Shown here piece after piece: positions 1 to 8,784 of a stretch of 37,507 nucleotides of DNA; position 1 is the stretch's first letter; every line of letters starts with the position of its first letter. The notes below the pieces were generated by a model. The model saw only the letters and a list, made by a program, of their open reading frames with translations, searched no databases and had not been told where the DNA came from. Source of the DNA: Deltaproteobacteria bacterium (GTDB lineage Bacteria; Desulfobacterota; B13-G15; RBG-16-54-18). Both the position numbers and the translations under genes were made by a program. The DNA lies in NCBI GenBank assembly GCA_030672385.1, contig DAOVGN010000057.1, positions 1 through 37,507 of the forward strand, given 5' to 3'.

Positions 1-201
1 TATATAAGTGGAGCGATAGAAAACTCTTTTATTAGCGAAAAGGCTAAAATTCCGATTGAAAGGCAAGGCATAAAAGAACACGGTATTGATATCTTAGAAG
101 GAGGTCCTGAAGCATTTGGGACGCGCGAAGATAGGTACGATATCAAGAGATTAAAAAAGTATGAGCTCCAACAAATCCCCGATAACCCGACAAAGCATTG
201 A
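1..201 (+). CDS. possible 3' end of a gene truncated by the window edge (unknown product)
   Basis: Frame 1 is open from base 1 to TGA at 199-201 (YISGAIENSFISEKAKIPIERQGIKEHGIDILEGGPEAFGTREDRYDIKRLKKYELQQIPDNPTKH); no recognisable motif. Confidence 0.3.
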   Translation, partial: YISGAIENSFISEKAKIPIERQGIKEHGIDILEGGPEAFGTREDRYDIKRLKKYELQQIPDNPTKH

Positions 202-349
202 AAGAATAGTTGAAATAGACGGAAATTAATATTTCCTTTTGCGGGAGAAATTGTGGGGACGTCCATTTGTAAATAAGTAACTCAATTGGGCAAGGAGGAA
301 AAAAGAATAACGTAAAGGGGACGATCATGAAATTATGCTTTTCTTTTGA

Positions 350-439
350 AATACAAATACAAAGACAAAGAAGGGTAATATTGTGGTTGTAGTAAAGGAT
401 TGTAAGCCGGGATTTATTATTACGGCGAATAGGAGGTGA
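350..439 (+). pseudogene. possible remnant of a small toxin gene (DUF4258-like position) upstream of the YgiT finger
   Basis: Start-less frame NTNTKTKKGNIVVVVKDCKPGFIITANRR* ends 5 bp before the YgiT ATG; the 'VVVV..GFIITA' tail resembles small RNase-toxin C-termini; the upstream part is broken by stops. Confidence 0.25.
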
Positions 440-444
440 TTATT

Positions 445-681
445 ATGGAGTGTCCAAATGGCTGTCCATCCCCCATGGAGGAAAGGAAGGAAGAGAAGAT
501 CTTCCATCGTAACAGCGAATCTGTCGTTATTTCGGACTTGACTATGTATGTGTGTCCAGACTGTGGGCAAGAATCAATGCCTTTGTCATCAGCAAGAATT
601 GTCGAGGATGTCTTAAATGGGAGGATCAAGCCATCAGGCAAGTTTACTGCTGAGTTGTACGAAATTAGTTCCATTGGATGA
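445..681 (+). CDS. YgiT-type zinc finger protein (MqsA-like N-terminal finger)
   Basis: RBS AGGAGG at 431-436, ATG at 445; CPNGC and CPDCG cysteine pairs with the typical spacing; 78 aa. Confidence 0.75.
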   Translation: MECPNGCPSPMEERKEEKIFHRNSESVVISDLTMYVCPDCGQESMPLSSARIVEDVLNGRIKPSGKFTAELYEISSIG

Positions 682-685
682 CGGC

Positions 686-763
686 TGGTAACACAGCATA
701 AGCGGTTTCGCTACGCTTCACCTAACTTGCTTCGCAAGTTCGCTTATGCTCAGAACATTACTC
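686..763 (+). other. integron attC-like recombination site (degenerate)
   Basis: TGGTAAC (686-692), AGCATAAGCG (695-704), internal hairpin AACTTGC-TTC-GCAAGTT, CGCTTATGCT (741-750), ATTACTC (757-763); begins just after the YgiT stop; the right core reads ATT instead of GTT. Confidence 0.5.
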
Positions 764-1074
764 GATAGATTACAAGATGAAGTAACCAAGGGGGTACCTT
801 TAACTATTCTGTTTATTTGCGTTTCAAATAAAAGGCGTAGATTTTTGTTATTATCTGTAATCAACAACCCTTCACAAATGCTTTGATATGGTTTTGATAT
901 CTTCAACCCGGGAAGGGTCTGGAGGCAAGCTTGATGCTCATGGAACACCACATCATGAGAGTTTCTTCGTCTGCTATCTCCAAGGAATTCAACAGTAATT
1001 AAAGAGAAAAATCGTGGGAGGTATCCATTTATCTTATCCTTCCACTCGCAAATCTACAGAGGTATGGGGAAATA

Positions 1075-3927
1075 TCACCTCTTGGATGGAACGCTTTTAC
1101 CTGACCGAGCAAGCTCCTCCAGTATCCTTTTCATTCTGTCGAGTGCCTTCCCATATCCTGCCCAGTCCCCTGCCTTCAGGCATTTCTGAGCCCTCTTGTA
1201 TTGGTCCAGGGCAGAGGTGACCAGATCCTGGATCGATCTCTTCTCTACCCTTTCCCCTGGCATGGTCTCTTTGGGAAGCTCTATTCCTTCAAAGATTGCG
1301 GCCAGTGCGCTAGCCAGATTCTCTCTCATGACTAATTCGTTTCCATAGGCCACAATCACCCGCTTCAACTCGGGAAGGGCAATGGAACGTGTGGGCCGTT
1401 CCGGTCGGCCCAGTGAGGATCTTGCTATCCTTCCAGTGGGTTCAACCTCTGGTTTTGATTCCTGGGTGGCCTGCAGGTAGACTGGCTCCGCATAGAGGAA
1501 GGACTGCTCGATGGGTATTGCCATGATGTTTCCCCGAATAACTCGTGAACCCTTCTGTCCCCAGAGGGTCAGCTCACGGGAGATTTCAGTCTGTTGATCT
1601 ATCCGGGCTTCCACCTGCATGGGGCCGAAGATAAGTTTATCCTTTGGAAGTTTGTAAACCAAGAGGTCACCATAGTTGGGCATATCGCTTCGTGCCGCAA
1701 GCCAGGCAATCATGTTGGCCTTCTTGGAAGGCGTAAAGGGAAGCATCAGGAGAAATTCCTCACGCTTCTCGCCCGGCGGCTTGATGATGATGTAATAAGG
1801 TACCATCTCTTGCTGGGTATCGGCGTACAGTTCATTGGGAACCTCCCATAGGTCTTCCTTATTGTAAAAAACCTGCACGTCCTGCATATGGTATGATCGG
1901 TACATGGCAACCTGAATATCAAACAGGTCTCTTGGGTAGCGAATATGAGATTTTAGAGACTCGGGCATTTCATCAATGGGTCGAAACAGATCCGGAAAGA
2001 TCTCCATAAAACTCTGAATGATCGGATCGGTCTCATCTATAACATAGAAGTCAACCTTGCCCGTGTAGGCATTGACAACGGCCTTGACCGAATTCCGTAT
2101 GTAGTTGATTTCCAAACCGAATTTTTTTGACATCCTGGCGGAATATGGATACATGGATGTTGTGGTGTAGCTATCCAACATCCAGAAAAGATGGCCGTCG
2201 GCAATAACCAGATAAGGGTCCCGGTCGAACTGGAGAAAAGGGGCAATCTTTTTCACGCGTTTGTCGATGGTTCGATAAAACATGATCCGGCTTTGCGGTG
2301 TGAGATAATGGGTAAAGAGAATATCCGTGCTCCTAAAAGTGAGCGCAAAGAGAAGCCTTCTCAGGAAAGAATTAACGAGAACCCCTCCATCGCCCTGATA
2401 AATCGTATAGACATTGCTGTCTCCTTTGGGGTAGTCAAACTCTTTTTCCTTTGTTTGAACGATGACATAGTTTTTCGTCTTCTCTCCATAATAGATCTCG
2501 GGTCGCTTGATTTCAATGCCCCGGATCCGGGTCACAGGGGGGAGATCCTTGATCAACAAATTTGGGAGCCCCTCCTGGGTGACCTGGTTGACAGGACTCA
2601 GAGTCAGTCCATAGCCGTGAGTAAACTTCAGGTGCCTGTTTACCCATGTTCTCGCCTGGAGAGGTAACTGATCTATAGAGATTTCACGGGCCGAGAGGGT
2701 AACCTGCCTGTACTGACCATTGAGAAAATAGCGGTCTACATCAATACCTGAAAAAAGATAGTATAGCCTAATCGACTGGAGTTGATCGTATGTTTCCTCC
2801 AGAGGCCGTTCGTCCCAGATCCGAATGTTTTCGATGGTCAACCTGTTTTTCACGATGTCGGCCATGGTGAGATTCTCGTTGATGATGAAATCCTTCTCCT
2901 GAATTCTATCGAGGTTATAAGCCCTGCGAGTATTTTCGATGTTATAGGCGATGTATGGCCTTTCCATATCGAGTTCATTTGGTCTCACGACGACCTTCTG
3001 CACGAGAGAAGGAATGATGAAGCCAGCCACCACCATTGCTCCCATGGTTCCTGCCAGGCCAACCAAAAGAAAGCCCCTCCTATGTCTGACCATGTTTATT
3101 GCCAGGCAGATGGCAAAGGCTCCAAGGACTACCATCAAAATTCTGTATGCTACCAATTGTACGTGAATATCTGTATAGCTCGCTCCAAAGGCTGGCCCCC
3201 CGGTTGAGTACAGAAGCCCGTAGGCTTTCAGCCAGTATCCCCATATCAAAAGGGCAACGATGATCATCCCCAGAATGGACAGGTGCTTCCTTGCGGGCGG
3301 ATCTATTCTCAGTTTAGTAGGTAGCTGCACCTTTTGGTCCTGGGCCTGGATGGTTCCTGCCTCCATGTTTATGAGGTTTCCCTTGGTATATAGCAGGGTA
3401 GCAACAACACCGGAAAGAACAACAAAGGCCATGATCCAGTTCTTCAGGAACAGGTAGAAAGGCAGGGAATAAACATAAAATGCCACATCCCGGCCGAAGA
3501 TGGGATCAGAGATCCCGAATGATTTGGGGTGAAAATAGAGCAGGATCATACTCCACTTTGTAGAGGCAGCGCTGCCTATCATCAGGACAACAATGATGAG
3601 AAAGGCTCCAATGGCCCAGCGGACCCCCCTTTCACTGATGGGAAGGCCCTCTACAGAAATCCCGCCCTCTCCACCACTTACAGGATGGGTCTTTTTTACG
3701 TAGAGTCGGGCAACATAATAATTGATCCCCACGACTAGGAGGAAAACCAGTGCGGCAGCCAGCCCAATCAGAATTTTTGAGATCACCATGGTAAGAAACA
3801 CTGAGGAAAACTGTAGATTCTGAAACCAAAGCCAAACCGTATAGAAGCTCAAGGCTAACGCGCCCAGCACAACGAGAATCACTATGGCTACAATAACCAC
3901 TCGGAAAAGTCCTGCCTGCTCTCTCAT
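1075..3927 (-). CDS. UPF0182 family integral membrane protein
   Basis: 950 aa; multiple N-terminal TM helices; family motifs DPIFGRDVAFYVYSLPF, GASYTD, NIRIWD, THGYG, INYIRNSVK, HIRYP, GPMQVEARIDQ, LPELKRVIV. Confidence 0.95.
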   Translation of the reverse strand: MREQAGLFRVVIVAIVILVVLGALALSFYTVWLWFQNLQFSSVFLTMVISKILIGLAAALVFLLVVGINYYVARLYVKKTHPVSGGEGGISVEGLPISERGVRWAIGAFLIIVVLMIGSAASTKWSMILLYFHPKSFGISDPIFGRDVAFYVYSLPFYLFLKNWIMAFVVLSGVVATLLYTKGNLINMEAGTIQAQDQKVQLPTKLRIDPPARKHLSILGMIIVALLIWGYWLKAYGLLYSTGGPAFGASYTDIHVQLVAYRILMVVLGAFAICLAINMVRHRRGFLLVGLAGTMGAMVVAGFIIPSLVQKVVVRPNELDMERPYIAYNIENTRRAYNLDRIQEKDFIINENLTMADIVKNRLTIENIRIWDERPLEETYDQLQSIRLYYLFSGIDVDRYFLNGQYRQVTLSAREISIDQLPLQARTWVNRHLKFTHGYGLTLSPVNQVTQEGLPNLLIKDLPPVTRIRGIEIKRPEIYYGEKTKNYVIVQTKEKEFDYPKGDSNVYTIYQGDGGVLVNSFLRRLLFALTFRSTDILFTHYLTPQSRIMFYRTIDKRVKKIAPFLQFDRDPYLVIADGHLFWMLDSYTTTSMYPYSARMSKKFGLEINYIRNSVKAVVNAYTGKVDFYVIDETDPIIQSFMEIFPDLFRPIDEMPESLKSHIRYPRDLFDIQVAMYRSYHMQDVQVFYNKEDLWEVPNELYADTQQEMVPYYIIIKPPGEKREEFLLMLPFTPSKKANMIAWLAARSDMPNYGDLLVYKLPKDKLIFGPMQVEARIDQQTEISRELTLWGQKGSRVIRGNIMAIPIEQSFLYAEPVYLQATQESKPEVEPTGRIARSSLGRPERPTRSIALPELKRVIVAYGNELVMRENLASALAAIFEGIELPKETMPGERVEKRSIQDLVTSALDQYKRAQKCLKAGDWAGYGKALDRMKRILEELARSGKSVPSKR

Positions 3928-3984
3928 TTTATCGTCTCCTTTTTAAAAGCCAACAATCCCGGAAAATGACAAGAACAATGAAGG

Positions 3985-4013
3985 AGTATATACAGGACAG
4001 GCCGGATTGGCAA
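3985..4013 (-). promoter_or_regulatory. sigma70-type promoter for the UPF0182 gene
   Basis: Minus strand TTGCCA-17 bp-TATACT, about 60 bp upstream of the start. Confidence 0.5.
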
Positions 4014-4279
4014 CATAAAAACATGCATAAAAAGGCCTCTCTAGATGGGAAGGGTGGGGTAGGGGGGTTAGATATCTTTTCAGCTTTCTTAAACAATTCT
4101 CCTCTCTGTCAATTATCGCCTCAGTTTACTAAATAATATCAGCATGTTTCTCCTACAAAGTTAATCCTACATCAAAGGTATGCTGAATCCGGGGCAATAA
4201 AAAGAGCCCCTCGTACGGAAGACAGAAGTCGAAAAAGTCCTGTTGAAATGTCCCATATATCCCCATAAGCTCCCTTCCC

Positions 4280-4308
4280 TTGAAATTATCGAAGAAGGAG
4301 GATATGAT
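4280..4308 (+). promoter_or_regulatory. sigma70-type promoter for the lipoprotein gene
   Basis: TTGAAA-17 bp-TATGAT, about 50 bp upstream of ATG 4357. Confidence 0.5.
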
Positions 4309-4356
4309 GTTTGCAAAGATTATTTCGTTACTGTCCTAACAAAAGGAGGCATTGCT

Positions 4357-4656
4357 ATGAAAAAAAGATCGTGGGTCAAAAAGGCTGGTATTTGTCTTTC
4401 CTCTCTGGTTCTTATCATGGCCCTTGGGGTGGGCTGTGCTACCAACCAACAGATCAAGGAGGACAGAGCGGCCACGGAGGCAGCCATGAAAAAGGCTCAG
4501 GATGCTGCTACAAAGGCTGAGGCCTCTGCTGACAGGACCGATGCTGCTGCCGACAGGATCGATGCTGCTGCCGACAGGATCGAGGCCTCTGCTGACAGGG
4601 CAGAAAAGGCTGCTGCGAAGTGCGAGAGGACCTTTGAGAAGGGATTGCGGAAGTAA
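4357..4656 (+). CDS. Lpp/OprI-like alanine-zipper lipoprotein
   Basis: RBS AAGGAGG then ATG at 4357; signal peptide with lipobox LGVGC; Ala-rich heptads; C-terminus FEKGLRK resembles the OprI/Lpp terminal ..RK. Confidence 0.85.
   Translation: MKKRSWVKKAGICLSSLVLIMALGVGCATNQQIKEDRAATEAAMKKAQDAATKAEASADRTDAAADRIDAAADRIEASADRAEKAAAKCERTFEKGLRK
4519..4602 (+). repeat. 4 x 21-bp imperfect tandem repeat in the lipoprotein gene
   Basis: Units encode EASADRT/DAAADRI/DAAADRI/EASADRA; units 2 and 3 are identical (gatgctgctgccgacaggatc). Confidence 0.9.
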
Positions 4657-4865
4657 GATCGTTTAAGGGTAGTAATTTCTTCGGTTGTCTCCCTTTCTTT
4701 TTTGCATGATATCAGTGAAGATCCACCTTTATCCCTATAGGGCTTGGACGGGGAGTCATGTTCTCCCGAGATCTTGAGGCAATAAAAAGCCCTGCTTGGG
4801 GGTGTAGAAGTCCCCTTGGCTTGACTCTCCATCCAACCTATTACTATCTTTCTCTTTGCCCTTCC

Positions 4866-4893
4866 TTGACAACGGTCAAACCCTCACTATACT
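4866..4893 (+). promoter_or_regulatory. sigma70 promoter of the GNAT gene with an overlapping TTGAC-N4-GTCAA palindrome
   Basis: TTGACA-16 bp-TATACT; the perfect inverted repeat TTGAC-AACG-GTCAA (4866-4879) has CRP/FNR-box geometry. Confidence 0.55.
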
Positions 4894-4945
4894 TATCTTT
4901 AAAAGGTTGGCGTCGCCAAAAATAAGAAGGAAGGGAAGAAAGGCA

Positions 4946-5392
4946 ATGGACCTAACAGAACCGATCAAGATAAGGGCTTTGGACTATGGCGATCTGGATG
5001 CCATTGTGGAGATAGATAAACTGGTATTAGGCAAGGAAAGGCCAGAGTATTGGAATATGAAGATAGAGCTCTCTGAGAACAGGTCGCCCATGTCCTCTAT
5101 AGTGGCTGAGTTAGATGGTAAAGTAGTAGGATTCATCATGGGGGATGCCAGTGGTTGGGAGTATGGTGTCCCTGATACGGTGGGTTGGATCGACACCATC
5201 GGGATCCACCCCGACTATCAGAAAAAGGGGATTGCCAGATTTTTGTTCAAGGAGATGGCAGCTAATTTGCAGAAGGTGGGGGTGGATACCATCTACACCT
5301 TTGTCAACTGGAAAGAATGGGATCTCCTGCACTTCTTTGACAAGATGGGTTTCAAAAAGGGGGATATGGTCCATATAGAGCTTAAATTGTAA
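4946..5392 (+). CDS. GNAT family N-acetyltransferase
   Basis: ATG at 4946 after a purine-rich RBS; motif A IGIHPDYQKKGIAR; FFDKMGF. Confidence 0.9.
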   Translation: MDLTEPIKIRALDYGDLDAIVEIDKLVLGKERPEYWNMKIELSENRSPMSSIVAELDGKVVGFIMGDASGWEYGVPDTVGWIDTIGIHPDYQKKGIARFLFKEMAANLQKVGVDTIYTFVNWKEWDLLHFFDKMGFKKGDMVHIELKL

Positions 5393-5420
5393 TAGCGTAT
5401 TTCTTGAGAGGAAAGAGGGA

Positions 5421-5461
5421 GAGTGGGGAGCCTTTTCTAAAAGAGGGGTGGCTCCCCACTC
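5421..5461. terminator. stem-loop between the convergent GNAT and oah genes (probable bidirectional terminator)
   Basis: GAGTGGGGAGCC ... GGCTCCCCACTC forms a perfect 12-bp stem. Confidence 0.7.
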
Positions 5462-5478
5462 TTTGTGGTGGGGAGGTA

Positions 5479-6618
5479 TTATTCTTTCTTTTTTGGAAAG
5501 ACCCTCTCCACGAGATCCGGGTACGGTGTAAGTTGAGCAAGTTGACGGCGGTATTCAGCATAATCGATCTCGCGTGTTTGAGATAGCTTCTGGCTACTGA
5601 CGTTAAAGGCGTTGAAGCCGAGGAAGGCCTCGGTATTCATGTTGGCAGCGAGCCAGTATAGCTGATACTGTTTTTCGAGATCCCAGAAGAATTTCTTCCT
5701 CATCCTGACGCTCTCTAAGGTGGTCATCAGGCAGAGGTAGGTGGTCTGATTCAGTGTCCAGACCATTTGATTGACATAATCGTCGAGGAGCGTCCAATCG
5801 GTCTCGAGCTGCTTGAGTGCCTCCTGAGCCTCTTTGTAGTCCGCGCCTTTTTTGAGCTCGCCGTAGACAATTTCGCCGTTTTCAACGTAGTTGTCAATGA
5901 TAACTCGGGGGTCACGGACCCATTCGCCCTTTGCGTTCTTCTTTATGGGAAGGGCCTTGGTAATGGCACCGAGGCGCTCCATCTTGTAAGCGCTCCACTG
6001 CTCATTGGAGGCGGACTGCCACATGGCGTGCTCCATAGACAGGTTCCAGGTCAAGAAGTTCGTTGAGCCACCAGTAGGTGTTGAACCATGTCTGGTGCCT
6101 GCCTGGCCGAAGGTTGCGGTGTCCGCTGCGACGGTAAAGTCACATGCCTGACCGATCTCCTGTCCACCCGCAATTCTCATTCCATTGGCGCGGCAGATGA
6201 CAGGCTTGCGAGCCTTGAGAATGGCATCGATCATCCCAGAAAAGAGGTCCATGTACTGCATGTACTCCATTGGCCTCAGGGTGTAGTACTCGGCGTACTC
6301 TTTGGTGTTTCCACCGGTGCAAAATGCGCGATCTCCCATACTGGTAAAAATGATCGCCACGACGTCTCGCTCCATGGAAGCCCTGTGCATCCCTGCAATA
6401 ACGCCCTTGATCATCTCGGTGGTGTAAGAGCCGTACTGAGCGGGGTTGTTGAGGGTAATCCATGCCGTATAGAGCCCATCAACCGGCTCCCCGGTTTTGG
6501 GGTCGATCATGGGTTTCTTTTCGTACATGGTGCACGGAGGTTCGGTCCCAAAAAATTCATCTCCCCATAAATTGTGATCCTTTTCTTCATTGTCTCTTGG
6601 CCACCAATCTAATAACAT
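5479..6618 (-). CDS. oah: 6-oxocyclohex-1-ene-1-carbonyl-CoA hydrolase (Oah/BamA)
   Basis: Crotonase-fold protein with family motifs GLYTAWITLNNPAQY.SYTTEM.KGVI, AFCTGGNTKEYAEYY, GMRIAGGQEIG.ACD, WLAANMNTEA.LGF.AF; adjacent to had. Confidence 0.95.
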   Translation of the reverse strand: MLLDWWPRDNEEKDHNLWGDEFFGTEPPCTMYEKKPMIDPKTGEPVDGLYTAWITLNNPAQYGSYTTEMIKGVIAGMHRASMERDVVAIIFTSMGDRAFCTGGNTKEYAEYYTLRPMEYMQYMDLFSGMIDAILKARKPVICRANGMRIAGGQEIGQACDFTVAADTATFGQAGTRHGSTPTGGSTNFLTWNLSMEHAMWQSASNEQWSAYKMERLGAITKALPIKKNAKGEWVRDPRVIIDNYVENGEIVYGELKKGADYKEAQEALKQLETDWTLLDDYVNQMVWTLNQTTYLCLMTTLESVRMRKKFFWDLEKQYQLYWLAANMNTEAFLGFNAFNVSSQKLSQTREIDYAEYRRQLAQLTPYPDLVERVFPKKKE

Positions 6619-6646
6619 AACTCTCTCCTTTTTTTGAATTTTTTGT

Positions 6647-7759
6647 TTAGAAATCTGGTGTTAAGACAATCCTTTTAGCAGGTGAGCCTGCCTTGTGCAC
6701 CTCCTCGTAGACCTCATTGATCTTGCTCATGGGCTTGGTTTCCACGAAAGGCTCGAGCTGGAGCTTACCAGTCAAGACCATGCCCAGAACAATAGGATAA
6801 TACTCAGGGAGGCAGCCCCAGGTACCGATGATCTCAGCGTCGAAGGCCATCAGTCGTGCAATGCTGTACTCGTTCTTGGCCATCCCAAAGCCTACCACAA
6901 TGAGCTTGCCGGTAAAGGATAAGAGTGTCAATGCCATATCCTGACCAGGCCTGGTTCCTGATACCTCAAATATCTTCCAGCCGTAGCCTGCCTCAATACC
7001 GTTTTCTTTGCATAAGCCCCTGAACTCTTTCTGAACATCGCGCGGTTCTTTGTCCACGGAGCTGATGACGAAATCAGCACCGTAATCAAGGGCCCTCTTG
7101 AGCTTTTCGGGATTCCTGGCGATACCGATGACGGTCTTGGCGCCCAGGGCCTTGGCAGTCTGTACCATATGGACACCGACACCACCGGTAGCCCCGATAA
7201 CGATGACATTATCCCCGGGCTGTAGGTCCGCCCTTTTGGCTGCCTGATAGGGGGTGGTCATGGCATCGGCGATAACTGAGAAGTGGGATAGGGGGAATTT
7301 ACCGCGGTCTTTTACCTCGCAGAGGTCTACCGAAGGAACAGGGATATGGCTTGAGTTGCCACCATAGATACCAATGCTATTTCCAGGCATCTTTTGAAAG
7401 AGACAGCGATTTCCTCTACCGGTCTTGCAGAGATAGCACTGCCTGCAGGGCATAACAGCCGGTATGATAACCTCTTTGCCGATCCATTTTTCATCCCCTG
7501 CCACCACCACTCCACTGATCTCATGGCCCAGGGTGAGGGGAGGTTTGGATACGGTGGGTACCCCGTCGAAGAAGAACCCGAGGTCAGTGTGGCAAACCCC
7601 GCATCCTGCTATCTCTACCAGGACCTCCCCTGGTTTCAGTTCCGGAACGGGGATAGTGGTTTTCTCGATCTTTCCCTCAGTGACCTTCCCCGTCTCTCTG
7701 TCCTTGCTCCATGGCTGTACCATCTGCCATGTCTGAATCTTATCGGGTATTGCTGACAT
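6647..7759 (-). CDS. had: 6-hydroxycyclohex-1-ene-1-carbonyl-CoA dehydrogenase (Had/BamQ)
   Basis: Zn-ADH motifs GCGVCHTD, GHEISG, CxxCxxCx7C; QKMPGN, LMAFDA, WGCLPEYYP; next to oah. Confidence 0.95.
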   Translation of the reverse strand: MSAIPDKIQTWQMVQPWSKDRETGKVTEGKIEKTTIPVPELKPGEVLVEIAGCGVCHTDLGFFFDGVPTVSKPPLTLGHEISGVVVAGDEKWIGKEVIIPAVMPCRQCYLCKTGRGNRCLFQKMPGNSIGIYGGNSSHIPVPSVDLCEVKDRGKFPLSHFSVIADAMTTPYQAAKRADLQPGDNVIVIGATGGVGVHMVQTAKALGAKTVIGIARNPEKLKRALDYGADFVISSVDKEPRDVQKEFRGLCKENGIEAGYGWKIFEVSGTRPGQDMALTLLSFTGKLIVVGFGMAKNEYSIARLMAFDAEIIGTWGCLPEYYPIVLGMVLTGKLQLEPFVETKPMSKINEVYEEVHKAGSPAKRIVLTPDF

Positions 7760-7785
7760 TTTTCACCTCCTTGAGTTATGATAAT

Positions 7786-8538
7786 TTAGGTCATTCCATA
7801 GCCACCATCTACGCAAAGGACCTGCCCTGTGATGTAACGGGCGTCGTCTGATGCGAAAAAGACAAAGGATGGGGCTATATCCTCTCCCTCGGCGAAGCGG
7901 TTCAGGAGGATGCGTCGCATGTAGATCTCTGCAAGTTTTGGATCAGTCCTGATTTTTTCCGTCATCTCGGTGGCTACGATCCCAAGTGAGATGCAATTGA
8001 CATTAATTTCATACCTAGCGAGTTCCCTTGCAGCAGATTTGGTCAAGGTTATTATCCCCCCCTTGGCGGCACTGTAGTTGATTTGACCGACCGTACCGAC
8101 AAGACCTGCGACGGAGGTAACATTGATGATGGAGCCCCTTTTTTGCTCCATCATATACTTACTTGCGTGTTTAATACAGAGCCACGGTCCCTTGAGGTGG
8201 ATACCCAGCACAGCTTCCCACTGTTCCTCTGTCATCTTGTGGAGCATGGACGGCCGGGTGAACCCAGCATTGTTGACCAGAATGTCAATCCTACCAAACT
8301 GATCAACCGCGGCCTGAATAACTGCCTCTGCCCCCTTGTCGGTTGCCACATCAGCTTGAACAGCTACCCCCTTGCGACCAATCTTCTGTATTGCTTCCAC
8401 CACCTCATTGGCTGTCTTGGGATTGGAAACATAGTTGACGACGACATCAGCCCCTTCTTTGGCGTAGGTCAGGGATATGGCTCTCCCAACCCCTCTTCCA
8501 CCCCCGGTAACTACAGCCGCCTTACCCTCCAGCTTCAT
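7786..8538 (-). CDS. SDR family oxidoreductase (FabG-like, probable 3-hydroxyacyl-CoA dehydrogenase)
   Basis: TGGGRGVG, NNAG, YSAAK, VDGG; GGAGG RBS before ATG at 8538. Confidence 0.9.
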   Translation of the reverse strand: MKLEGKAAVVTGGGRGVGRAISLTYAKEGADVVVNYVSNPKTANEVVEAIQKIGRKGVAVQADVATDKGAEAVIQAAVDQFGRIDILVNNAGFTRPSMLHKMTEEQWEAVLGIHLKGPWLCIKHASKYMMEQKRGSIINVTSVAGLVGTVGQINYSAAKGGIITLTKSAARELARYEINVNCISLGIVATEMTEKIRTDPKLAEIYMRRILLNRFAEGEDIAPSFVFFASDDARYITGQVLCVDGGYGMT

Positions 8539-8572
8539 CCTTCTTTCACCTCCCTTCCCCAAACCATAAAGC

Positions 8573-8782
8573 CTATTCGATGATCATGAGAACGGAATCA
8601 GACGTTACCTCATCGCCCGCTTTTACATTGATCTCCTTGACAGTACCTGATACCGGAGCAACAATCGGCATTTCCATCTTCATGGCTTCCAACGTGGCCA
8701 CCTGATCGTTCTCTCTGACCTGTTCTCCTGCTTGGACCAATACCTTAACTACTTTTCCAACCATAGGTACAGTTACTTCCAT
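8573..8782 (-). CDS. stand-alone biotin carboxyl carrier protein
   Basis: 69 aa biotinyl domain with the EAMKM attachment motif. Confidence 0.9.
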   Translation of the reverse strand: MEVTVPMVGKVVKVLVQAGEQVRENDQVATLEAMKMEMPIVAPVSGTVKEINVKAGDEVTSDSVLMIIE

Positions 8783-8784
8783 TT

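Noticed and set aside
221-262. Palindrome GGAAAT-TAAT-ATTTCC and a GGGGACGTCC motif as REP-like or operator elements
   Set aside because: Single short occurrences with no second clear copy in the window
718-1220. Short ORFs 718-951 (-) and 1014-1220 (+)
   Set aside because: No motif or RBS; they overlap the attC-like hairpin or are antisense to the UPF0182 gene
4519-4602. Tandem repeat as a possible CRISPR array
   Set aside because: No spacers; the units are in-frame coding heptads; no cas genes in the window
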